DNA from: Octopus vulgaris | Lineage: Eukaryota | Assembly: GCA_951406725.2 (NCBI GenBank) | Contig: OX597824.1 | Location: forward strand, 95,418,001-95,482,000 | Direction of reading: 5' to 3' | Length of the DNA stretch: 64,000 bases | The notes under the pieces: generated by a model | The model's input: the letters and a program-made list of their open reading frames with translations, nothing else | Told to the model about the DNA's origin: nothing | Databases searched by the model: none | In this document: positions 11,901 to 24,900 of the stretch, in pieces | How the letters are laid out: the number at the start of each line of letters is the position of its first letter | Numbering within the stretch: position 1 is the stretch's first letter | Made by a program: the position numbers and the translations under genes

Positions 11901-14900
11901 CATTCCTTGAGGATGTGAAGAAAGGAGGAGTTCTTTTAATGATCCAGAAACACAATTTGGCTCCATGGGGAGACGATGTAAGATTTCATAAATGTTTTTC
12001 TCTAACTTGAAGATTTTGTGTAAATCATTCAATTTGATTGTCTGTTGTTTCAATTATAATTTTATATCTTCTTTAGATATTTGGATGAGTATTATCTGAC
12101 AGAACTACATAATCCTTTAAAAGTTTTGCTATATCAACTTATCTTTTCTATATCAACTTTTTTTTTTGCTATTGTGTCTGGGGAGAGTCATTTTCTTTTT
12201 GTGCCTTAATATTTAACACCCTCACCGGTAAAATTTCCACGTTTTTCTTATTTTTGTTGTCCTAAAATTTTCGTTGCATCTTGCAACCTTTTCAATAGTA
12301 TTGACTCTGTCCATTCTTTTTTTTGCTATATCAACTTATCTTTTCTTTCTTTATTGTCTTAAATTTTTTTCAGCCACAAAAAAGAATAATTGTGCCATAC
12401 GTTTCTAAAAGTGGAGCTAGCAATCCTAGAAATGGTAATTTTGATTTGATATCAGTATCGTATTTGTTTGCACCTCTTTGGGACTTAGATGCTAAGTTGA
12501 TGCCATTATAAACCTGCCGATGTAGGCATAGTTCTGTGGTAGAGAAGCTTGCTTTCTGACCATGTGTAAGGAGCTCAATGGTTAAAGTTGTAGAATTTAG
12601 CCTAAAATGGGTCAGATTGGGTTGAATGCATTGTTTTTATGTAAGGAGGCATTATTCCGCTTGGTTTCAAATATTTTATTAGATTTAATAGCTTTCTTTG
12701 ATAGGTGAAATGGCATTTATGATAAATATTTAATTAAAAGTAATTATTACAGTGACTGAAACAAATTTATCTTTCTTGTGGTTGTGTGGTAAGAAGCTTG
12801 CTTCTCATCCACAAGGTTCTAGGTTCAGTCTCATTGCGGGGCACCTTGGGCAAGTGTCTTCTACTATATCCTCAAGCTGACCAAAGCCATGTGAGTGGAT
12901 TTCATAGATGGAAACCGAAAGAAACCTGATATATGCATGTATGTCATCATTGTTGTTTAATGTCCGCTTTCCATGCTGTTTGACTGAGGACTGGTGAGCC
13001 AGAAGGGTGCACCAGGCTCCAATCTGATCTGGCAAAGTTTCTACAGCTGAATGCCCTTTCTAAAGCCAACCATTCCAAGAGTGTAGTGGGTGCTTTTACA
13101 TGCCACCGGCACAAGGGCCAGTCAGGCGGTTCTGGCATCGGCCATGCTCAAAAGGTGTTTTTTACGTGCTACCTGCACAGGAGCCAGTCCAGCAGCACTG
13201 ATAACGACTGCTCAAATGTTGTTTTTCATGTGCTATATATATATATACACACACACACATATGTGTATATGTCTGTGTTTGTCCCTCCACCATTGTTACC
13301 AATAAGAATCAGTACTAGGATTCCAAAGAATAAGTCCTAGGTTTGATTTCTTCGACTAAAACCCTTAAAGGTGGTGCTCCAGCATGGCTGCAGTCAAATG
13401 ACTGAAACAAGTCAAAGAAGAAAAAAAAAGAATAGATAAAATAAAGTCGTTTATATTTCTTTCAGCTGCCAATTAACATCAACTTCACATTCCTATTTTC
13501 AAACTTAAACTTTTTAATTAAAACTGCTATTTTATTTCTCTGTAGATACACATTTTACGAAAAGCATCCCAGATAAGTTGAAGATGATGGTGAAAGGAGG
13601 AGCTGCTGTTGATCCAGACTCAAGTATGGAAGTTCTTTTCTTAAATTTTTAGTTTTTGCTGTTATCTCTTGGAAACTATTCTCTCTAAAATGAATTAATT
13701 ACAGAAGACAGGTGTAAATTCCAGTAGACAGAAATGTCTGATAGTATGACTAAGTGGCTAGATTTTCAATTCTGTTAATTTTGTTGGATTTTCATTTTAT
13801 ATTGAATATATTATTAGAAAGATATTCTCAAAGCCACTGTAGGCAACGACTATTGTTGCATTTGATTGGTTATTGAACTGTCACATTTGATTGTTTAGTA
13901 TTGAACAATATATCTAAGCATCAACCCTTTAGCATTCCGATTACTCCGTCAACTGTAATGTTCATTTATTCATTTTGTTTTGAATTTATCATGCATTATC
14001 TTGTAGCTTTGAGATGTTGAATGCAGTAAATTAAGTACCAGTTATGCACTGGGGTCGATGTAATCGACTTAATCCGTTTGTCCCCTCTATGTTTAGCCCC
14101 TTGTGGGTAATAAAGAAACAGGTATACACTTCCAGTTTATTCCAGCATGGAATAATAATCACAAAGAAAGTTCCCAGTTTCTATTTGCTTCAGCATAAGG
14201 AAATGATTATAAAATTAAGTCTTAGCGCTCTTAGGATCAGTTACCCAGTTTTTATTTCATATAAGTGACTGGAATCTCAACATTAATTTAGTAATTATTC
14301 ATTACTCAGCTGATTGGACTGGAGCAGCATGAAATGAAGTGTTTTGCCCAAAAGCAAAACACACTTCCTGGCCTGGGAATTGAATCCATGGCCTAGTGAT
14401 CGTGAGTGCAACACCCTGACCACTTAGCCATGTTCCTTCACTCACATTTGATCAGTTAGTAGTAAACTGTCACATTTGATCAATTTAAACTCACATTATT
14501 TGATTGGTTATTAGACGGTCACATTTGATTGGTTATTAGACGGTCTCATTTGATTGGTTATTAGACGGTCTCATTTGATTGGTTATTAAGCTGTCACATT
14601 TGATTGTTTAGATTTTAAACTGTTGCATTTGATTGGTTAGTTATTAAACCGTCGCATTTGATTGGTTAGTTATTAAACCGTCGCATTTGATTGGTTAGTT
14701 ATTAAACCGTCGCATTTGATTGGTTAGTTATTAAACCGTCACATTTGATTGGTTAGTTATTAAACCGTCACATTTGATTGGTTAGTTTATTAAACTGTTG
14801 CATTTGATTGGTTATTGAACTGTCACATTTGATTGTTTAGTATTGAACAACATATCTAAGCATCAACCCTTTAGCATTCCGATTACTCCATCAAGTGTAA

Positions 14901-17900
14901 TGTTCATTTATTCATTTTGTTTTGAATTTATCATGCATTATCTTGTAGCTTTGAGATGTTGATGCATTAACTATTTATTTGTAGAATCTCATTGGAGGGT
15001 TGGTGTAAGAGGCCTGATCTGGCTGGTTCCAACATAAAACAACGTGGAATATTTTGCTAAAAGATAAAAAAAAACAAAAAGAAAACTGCCAGTTTATTCC
15101 AGCATGGAATAATAATCACAAAGAAAGTTCCCAGTTTCTATTTGCTTCAGCATAAGGAAATGATTATAAAATTAATTAGTTAAAAGGAGATGGTTTTAAA
15201 AAAAATAATTAGTTAATTTAGTAATTATTCATTTAAATATTTTGGTGTAATTTGTTTTGTTACATTTAATTTGTTTTTCTTACCAGAACTGGCAAAAACT
15301 GCTCATGTTATAGAAGATGGTGGAGATATTTATAACGCTGTACTAGGCTTAGTAGATGTTACTTCTGGAACTAATTCTTACTACAAACTCCAAGCCTTGG
15401 AATCTGATAAAAAAAGCGGGTAAGTCAGATCATTTTTAATTTAAATGAAATTATTAATTAATGAATTTCAGGTGTTATTTAATTCAAAGGTGAAAAGAAT
15501 TCAAATTTTTGGTCAAACATCATCAAATTTTGTGATCACTTTGTATAAAGTTTGTACAAGTTAAATCATCATCATAATCATCATCATCATCATCATTTAA
15601 CGTCCACTTTCCATGCTGGCATGGGTTGGACGGTTCAAACTGGGGTCTCGGAAGCCAGAAGGCTGCACCAGGCCCAGTCTGATCTGGCAGTGTTTCTACA
15701 GCTGGATGCCCTTCCTAACGCCAACCACTCCGTGAGTGTAGTGGGTGCTTACCGGCACGGAGGCCAGTCGGGCGGCGCTGGCTACATTTTACCACCCCCA
15801 AAAATTAAATTCTGTTCTTTCTGGTTTTACGCAATCTTTAACCCTTTAGCAAGATTACTCTGTCAAATGAAACATTTATTACTTCCACCTTAGCAAAGGC
15901 AGAGGTATTGTTTTCAGCTGTGTTTGTTTTTTTGTCCGTGGACAAGATATCTCAAGAACTGCTGGATGGATTCAGATGAAACTTTCAGGAATGTTTGACC
16001 TCGTGACTGGCAAGAACTGATTAGATTTGGGGATTGATCTGGTACTGGACAAGGATTCTGGATTATTTGCTATATTTACTTTACATGAAGTGTTATGATC
16101 TTATGTTGACTTTCAAGTCTTTCTCTGATTATCTCCCCTGAAAGCATGCTCATGGTTTCCATATAAGTTATGGTGGTGTTGCTGTTTCCAAAGTTTTATT
16201 TTTGTTTCTTTATTATTAATTTTACTTGCGTCTCTATCTAATACACGATTAATTCAAATCAATGTGAATGAATAAGGGTCAGTGATTGTTGAGTAATGTA
16301 AAAGGAAGTGTTTTGCCCAAGAATTCAACCTACTGCCTGGTCTAGGAATTGAAACCATGATCTTAAGATCCACAGCTATGTAGGAGCTGACTCTAAAACT
16401 TCCTTTCTGTTATTATTTTTACTTAACAAAATGTATTCTTTGGCTATTTTTCAGTTGGTGGGTTTTTCGGTCGTGGGGCCGTGTTGGCACAACAATTGGG
16501 AATAACAAAAAAGAATCATTTAGTTACCGCGCTGCAGCCATCCAGGAATTTAAAGACTTGTATTTCAAGAAAACCAACAATCATTGGTGGGAAAGGCATA
16601 ATTTCCAGAAGTTTCCCAATAAATTTTATCCTCTAGATATAGACTATGGACAGGTAAAATATTTTTTCTCTTGTTTTTAAAGTTTGATTTGCATTTTTTT
16701 TTGTCTATTTAATTAACTTGGCTGATATTTCAATTAGAATTTCGTCATTGTTATCATTGTTGTCATCACATCACATTGTCAAATCCAGCCCCTTGCGGAC
16801 CTCATAAGGCTGGTTTCCCAGTTCCCGTGATGTATAAATGGACCAAGATCGCAACAATCCTCTTGAATTAGACACCACTCATTTGCAAGTGTGTGGACTG
16901 AGGCTACATGAACTGAATTATCACCTGGTCCTGGAATTGAAACCATAATTTTGTGATTGTGTGCACAATGCCCTAACCACCACTGACGGTTGATGCCAGT
17001 CAGGTGGTACTAGCATCGACAATGCTTGAATGCTTTTTACGTGACACCGGTATAGGAGCCAGTCAGGTGGTACTGGCATTAACCACGTTCGAATGGTGCG
17101 GTTTATGTGCCACCAGTATGGGAACCAGTCAGGCGGTACTGGCATCAACCACGCTCGAATGGTGCTTTTTATGTGCCACCAGTTGGGTGGTACAAGCATC
17201 GACCACGCTTGAATGCTTTTTACATGCCACCGGTATGGGAGCCAGTCAGGTGGTACTGGCATTGACCACGCTGGAATAGTGCTTTTTACGTGCCACCGGT
17301 ATGGGAGCCAGTCAGGTGGTACTGGCATCGACCACGCTGGAATAGTGCTTTTTACGTGCCACCGGTATGGGAGCCAGTCAGGTGGTACTGGCATCGACCA
17401 CGCCGGAATAGTGCTTTTTACGTGCCACCGGCATGGGAGCCAGTCTGGCAGTTACTGGCATCAACCACACTCGAATGGTGCTTTTTACGTGCCACCGGCA
17501 TGGGAGCCAGTCTGGCAGTTACTGGCATCAACCACGCTCGAATGGTGCTGTTTATATGCCACCAGTATGGGAGCCAGTCAGGTGGTACTGGCATCAACCA
17601 CCTTGAAAATTGTGTCTTTGTGATAAGTTGGTTTAATACCAGGAATTGTTTTACTTATTGTTTATTTGTTGTTTACTTTTCAGGATGATGATAATATAAA
17701 GAAATTGGATTTGAGCAAAAGCACTTCCACATTACACAAATCCATTCAAGATCTTATTTGTATGATTTTTGATATTGAAAGCATGAAAAGGGCGATGATG
17801 GAGTTTGAGGTAAGTAAAGAATCTGTTGAAGATTTTCATCTAAGTATGGAGTGTTAGATAATGATAGAATTGTTCTTGCAATTGGATAGGATTACCTGTG

Positions 17901-20900
17901 TTGAGTCCACTGCGGGACGAAGGCCTCAGTCTGATTTCTCCACCAACCATGTTCTGATGTGGAGGCTTTGAATTTGAGTTTGGGATCAAACTGGTTTGAT
18001 GAGCCTATTCTGCCACACATGCATGACATGGCTTAGCAGAAGGTTGCAGTTTTTACACTCTTACTGAGCAGCAGAGATTGTTCTTAACATTTATTGTAGT
18101 CAAACTGTAAACAGATCAGCACTTTGGAATTTAGATGTCTTCAATATTTATTTAGTCTTTTCCTAGTTGAGGTTAATTTTGTCCATCTAAAAACTGAATT
18201 TGTTTTTCCTTCCACTTATTTCCTTCAGACACAATTCTCTATTTGGAAATCTACAAACTGTTGTTTTTTTATTTTCCCCCTCCTGAAAGCTTAGCTTTAA
18301 TCGCTCCATATTTCCATCTCCCTGGGCACACGAAAGATATTATAACCCTTCAGCATTTCACCTGGTCATATCTGTCCAAAAATATTTGACCTGTTTTTAT
18401 GTTCTTACCAGCTTAATCTAGCCTCACATCTTACATTGTCATTCTAAAAATATACAACCACCTCTTAAAAATCTTGAAACTACAAGATCATGATTGATTA
18501 ATTCAAAACATTGTGAATAAATAAGCCATTTTATTCTGATAGACTGATGTGAATGCTAAAAGGTTGTCTTAAAATCAGTGAAATTCCAATTCTTGCAAAT
18601 CTAATAGAATATTATTATCAACAGCAACTTTAGGAAATTAGAAAGAAAAGAGAAATATTGGAATATTTTTTATAGAAAGTGTTATTCATTTTCTGAAGTA
18701 ACTGATTCTTGGATTTTAAAATTTATTTTAGATTGATTTGAAAAAAATGCCTCTTGGGAAATTGTCTAAAAAGCAAATAGAATCTGCTTACAAAGTACTG
18801 AATGAACTTACAGAGGTTTGTATGTTTTTGATATATTCTTCATCATCATCTTCGTAGAATGTCTACTTTTCCATTATTGCAGGAGTCAGACTGAATTATT
18901 TTCTCTCTAATAGATATTAATAAATTACGGAGATGTACTTGCATAGCAAGTGACCTGATTTGAGATCATGTGCTGTGGAACGAAAGCAATTGCAGCGTGG
19001 AAGGTGTTTATAAGCCATTTAAAAACACACAAAAACCGTTAGATTCACTTCAACATATAAATTTAATTTGTCAAAATATTTTCATCGCTTTGAGACCGCG
19101 ACCTCTTCACTGAGAAAATTCCGTGCTGCATCTTTTTAATGGGATTGCTTAAATCAAATGCTAAATAAAAGTTTTAAAATATTTTCTGTGTTATTAAGGC
19201 GGCAAGCTGGCAGACTTGTTAGCACACTGGGAAAAGTGCTTAACGGCATTTTGTCCATCTTTATGTTCTGAGTTCAAATTCTGCTGAGGTCAACTTTGCC
19301 TTTTATCCTTTCAGGGTTGATAAAATAAGTACCAGTTGAATACTGGGGTTGATGTAATCCACTTACCCCATCCACTGAAATTGCTGGCCTTGTACCAAAA
19401 TTTGAAACCAATAGTTTCTGTCATTTTTACAGTGTTATATAACCCACTGCCCCGAGTAAACTTTTACTCCCAGGGGACATAGTGTATACATCTGAATGAA
19501 AAGGTTAACAATTTAACCTCTCGGATTTTGAGCTAATATTAAAACTAGATTATATTAAGAGAAATACAGAATATCATCACCTGTTCTATTGATAAAGTCA
19601 TTCTGAATTAATGTAGCTTACCTGATGGGTTTGGAGACTATTTTTGAGGACAGTTTTCAAATAGAAGATGTGATGGAAAAACATTTGATGCCATTGTCCT
19701 GGTTCAGAGTCACCCCCTTCAATAGTCCTACTTGCTTCAGTGGAGGGGTCTTGTCTTGCAAGTTATTTAGCAACCTTGTTGGTGCCAGTGCCACTTAAAA
19801 AGCTCCGAGTATGCTCTGTAAAGTGGTTGGCATAGAAACCATATGAAAGCGGACATTGGGACCCTGTGAAGTTTTCTGAATTGTCTGCTCCTGTCAAACT
19901 TTCCGATCATCATCATCATCATTTAGCGTCTGCTTTCCATGCTGGCATGGGTTGGACGGTGCAACTGGGGTCGGGGAAGCCAGAAGGCTGCACCAGGCCC
20001 AGTCTGATCTGGCAATGTTTCTGTGGCTGGATGCCCTTCCTAACGCCAACCACTCCATGAGTGTAGTGGGTGCTTTTTACGTGCCAGGCGAGGCTGGCAA
20101 ACGGCCACGATCGGATGGTGCTTTTTACATGCCACCGGCCACCAAGATAAAGATGTTTTCTTCACATTCTATTCTTCATCTGTTCTGTGATGAAACGAAA
20201 TTAATTCTATTCTTTTTATTTTTCAGTTGGTTGATAAGAAAAGTTCCGTATCCTTGTTTTCGGATGCTTCCAACCGTTTTTACACTTTAATACCTCATGA
20301 CTTTGGTTTGAACAAACCCCCTCTATTGGACACAATTGAAATAATTAAGGTAATAACAATTTGAAGCATTTTATGCCTCACTTTTATATATTGTTTTACA
20401 GAACATTTTTTTTCTATGTTTATTTAACCCTTTAGTGATTAAACCGGCCAAATCCGGCCCAATATATTCTACATGTTTTATATTCAAACTGGCCATATCT
20501 AGCCTCTCACACCTAACCTACATTGACATTCTAAAAATAAACATTCACATCATTGAAACTTCAAAGCTATAAGATAATGCATGATTAATTCAAAATAATT
20601 TGAGTGAAAAAGTATTACGTTTAACAGAGTAATCTGAACACTAAAGGGTTAATACATGGAGTGGAATCTCTATATAGGAATAGGATCCATTCTGGAATCT
20701 TATTTCTTTAACCAAATTGTTCGTTCCATGAGTAACTGAAGTTCATAGAAATGGGGAATCTGGTCCTGGTCACACTCAGACTCCACACAGACACGAAAAG
20801 AGGCTTTATTTGTCCATTCATCATCATCATCATCATTGTTGTTTAACGTCCATTTTCCATGCTAGCATGGGTTGGACGGTTTGACTGGGGTCTGGGAAGC

Positions 20901-21215
20901 CAGGAGGCTGCACCAGGCTCCAGTCTGATCTGGCAATGTTTCTACAGCTGGATGCCCTTCCTAATGCCAACCACTCTGAGAGTGTAGTGGGTGCTTTTTA
21001 CGTGCCACTGTCACGGACACCAGTCAAGGCGGCGCTGGCATTGGCCATGTTTGGATGGTGCATTTTACATGCCACCGGCACAGGTGCCAGGGGAGGCTGG
21101 CAACAGCTACAATCGGTTGGTGCTTTTTACATGCCACCGGCACAGAAGCTGGCATCGGCCATGTTCGGATGGTGCTTTTTACGTGCCACCATCACAGGGA
21201 TCACAATACATAAAA

Positions 21216-21250
<35 letters not shown>

Positions 21251-21890
21251 CATACACATGCTTTCCTTTTGTTTTCTTCTGTAGATCTAAGCTTATAATT
21301 TTAGCAAAACATAAGAGGAATATTATTCACTCTATAGAATAAGAGCAACTGCAAGTTAAATAAAATATGTACACAGACATTAGCAAACCATCTATACATG
21401 GTCTCCCAGCCACTCATGTGTGTGTGTGTTTAATCTATTTGTAGTCTGTTACTCAACTTTCAGCTTGTTAGCTGAATATAGATTCCTTCAGACAAACTGT
21501 CTGCTATAAAATTTATGTATGGCTGCCCCATTTGTATCTGCTTTCCTCTCAGCTACTTAACGTGTGTGTAGTCTACTGATGGTTTGTTGTTCAAGTGAAT
21601 GGGTTCCCGTTTACTAATGTGTGTGTGTGCATAGTCTGCCTGTTTGTTCATTGATAAAATCTCAGGTGTTGTGTGAGTTTGATTTTCCTCAGGTGTGGTT
21701 GTGTGGCAGGAAGTTTGCTTCTCAAAACCACATGGTTCTGGGTTCAGTCCTGCTGCATGACATGTCTCCAGCAAATGTCTTCTACTATAACCTTGAGCCA
21801 ACCAAAGTCTTATGAATGGATTTAGCAGATGAAACTGTGGAAATCCATCATACACACACACACACACATATATATGTGTATGTGTGTATG

Positions 21891-21921
<31 letters not shown>

Positions 21922-24900
21922 ATGTGTGTGTGTGTGTGTGTATGTATGTGTGTGTGTGTGTATATATATATGTGTGTGTGTATGATATATATATATATAG
22001 AGAGAGAGTGTTTGTCCCCAATCACTGCTTGACAACTGGTGTTGGTGTGTTTACATCCCTGCAACTTAGCAGTTCAGCAAAAGTGACTGATAAAATAAGT
22101 ACCAGGTTTAAAAAAAAAATGGGCCAAGTATTGGAGCTGATTCATTTGACTAGAAATTTTTCTAGGTGATACCCCAGCATGGCCACAGAAAACGATAAAA
22201 CTGTTTGCTATCCAATTTGGTTGTCCAGAGAACTGTTTGTATATGGGTGACCCACTATGTAAGCTAGAGTTCCCAAAGTGTGAGGGTCTTCAATGAAATC
22301 AATGCATTTATCTCTTGTCTTTTTTTCTACACAGCAAAAAATCGAAATGTTGGATAATTTGTTGGAAATTGAAGTTGCCTACAATTTACTGAAAGGTGGG
22401 GATGATGGAAACGATCGCATGGATGCAATTGATGCTCATTACCAGAAACTCAAGACGGATATTGAGGTAAATGGGGACAATGTAAACCAGTCCTTCTCAA
22501 AACCATTTTCTAACCTATGGACCCCTTTGATCCCACTTTTTTCTCAGATGAACCCTCCTAGTCAATTGATGTTTAGAAAATTCTATATTTTTATAATTAA
22601 GTGTTATTAGGAATTAAAAAATTGTTTAAATGTTTTGTGTATTGTAGAAGTAAAAACAATTTATTGCTCATAAATTTTTAACAACAAAATCTTATATGGA
22701 CCCCCGAAGGTTATGTGGACCCTGTTGAGAAACCACTTCACTAAAATCTTTTTTCCTTGCTATGCCAGTGCTGAAAAACAAGGTTTATCTAATACACCTG
22801 TATGTCTTTTACGCTATCAAATACCAAGCGAGATCGTTGCCAGTGCCGCTTGACTGGCTCCTGTGCAGATGGCACGTAAAAAACACCATTTGAGCGTGAC
22901 CATTGTCAGTACTGCCTGAGTAGCCCCCGTGCCAGTGGAACTTAAAAGCACCCACTACACTCTCGGAGTGGTTGACGTTAGGAAGGGCATCCAGCTGTAG
23001 AAACTCTAGCCTGGTGCAGCCATCTGGTTCGCCAGCCCTCAGTCAAATTGTCCAACCCATGCTAGCATGGAAAGCGGATGTTAAACGATGAGGATGATGA
23101 TGAAATACACTAGATAAGAAAACAGTCAATTTTTGTGGAATGCGAATAAATTGAATGATGTTTTCTAAAAGCCTTGCTTAACCTGTTAATGCACAATGTC
23201 CAGAAAAATGTATGCAGGAAAAATTACTATTGCTTGTTAAGTAAACTACCTATTGAGCTTATTTTTGGTATAGTCCACCTCTAAACTAGTGCTCTATGAG
23301 TGAGCAGGCACTGCGTACAAACAAACCAACTATACACATGTATGAAATAAGTAATAGTAATTTTTCCTTCGTTCATTTTTCTGGACACTATGCACTAATG
23401 GGTTAATGATATAGATGCCTAATTGCATATGCAAGGCTAGGACTACATTGGCTGTATCTCTGTAGCACAACTGAAGGAGATGGGTGTGAAACAATCTAAA
23501 GATATTTAGATATCAAGCTAGAATAGTTATTAGAAAAAAGAAAATGAACAACCTTTAACTGATTTGAAATGGCTTTTATTTATACACAGAATAAAGTTAT
23601 AAAAATGGTTTAGATCACCAATATTTTTATGAATTTGTATGTTTAAATGAAATTTCATTGAAGGTTTTGGGAGCGTTTTCTTATCAGCGTTCTTGTTGTG
23701 AAATCTTAGCAATTTAAAAAATCTCTATGGGACCTTAGAGACCTAGGTATCCATCAGTTGTATTTGTCTGTAATGCCATTGGGATTGTATACTAAAATTC
23801 TGATTATGGCCTATGTGATGATAACCTTTTTTTAACAAGTGTTGGTCTTCTGTTGAATTTTACCTGCTCTAGCAATTTGCTGCTTGGTGCATACGTTACT
23901 TTAAAGATGGACTCCATTCTGTTAACAATGAATTTGCATCTGCTGCACCCTGGGCAAGTGCCTTCTGCTATAACCTCGGGCCAACCAATGCCTTGTCAGT
24001 GAATTTGGTTGATGGAAACTGTAGAAGGCGGCGAGCTGGCAGGAACGTTAGCATGCTGGGCGGAATGCTTAGCGATATTTCGTCTACCATTACGTTCTGA
24101 GTTCAAATTCCGCCTAGGTTGACTTTGCCTTTCATCCTTTCGGGGTCGATAAATTAAGTACCAGTTGCGCACTGGGGTCGATATAATTGACTTAATCTAT
24201 TTGTCTGTCCTTGTTTAGCCCCTTGTGGGCAGTAAAGAAATAGGAAACTGTAGGAGCCTGCCATATACCTATATATATATATGTTGGTGTTTGATCTTTT
24301 CCCCCAACTTCTTGACAACTGGTGTTGGTTTGTTTATGTCCCTATAACTTAGCAATTTAGCAAAGCACCTCAGCATGGCCATATTCCAATAATTGAAACA
24401 AGTACAAGATAAAAGGTAACAAAGAAAATAGTTAAGGATCATGTTTTAAAAAAAATTTTCTTTCTCTGAATACAAGTAAACATTTGTCTATTTATTGACT
24501 CTTCTTGTTAATTGATTGTTGATTGATTTTGTGTATTGTAGTACATAGAAAGATCCTCCGAAGAATTTGATCTAATTACTAAATATGTGCAGAACACACA
24601 TGCAGTTACACACAACCAGTACGGACTGGAAGTTGTTGACGTAAGTTAATTTCTGTTTTTACTTATTTTTCGCTATCAAATTATGGAAGTTACTTAATTT
24701 GGACATGTTGGTAGTTCCTTCTTGAGCCATGCCCGACTCATAAGGACCAGCTTCCTGGTTTCATTGGCTTATAGTTTTCCCACCTGGACCAGGTGAGCTG
24801 CTAGATGCAGGAGGAAAGAGTCAGCAGAAGTTCGCCATTACCTTCTGCTGGAGCTGCATGGAGCTTAGGTTTTTCACTCATAAACACACACATCACCCGG

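Noticed and set aside
14442-14840. Regularly spaced repeats superficially resembling a CRISPR array
   Set aside because: No unique spacers, no cas genes, and a eukaryotic intron context; it is a minisatellite
16921-17688. Long repetitive ORFs on both strands (157, 136 and 132 aa)
   Set aside because: They arise from a 60-bp (3n) SINE-derived tandem repeat inside a PARP1 intron; there are no splice or domain signals
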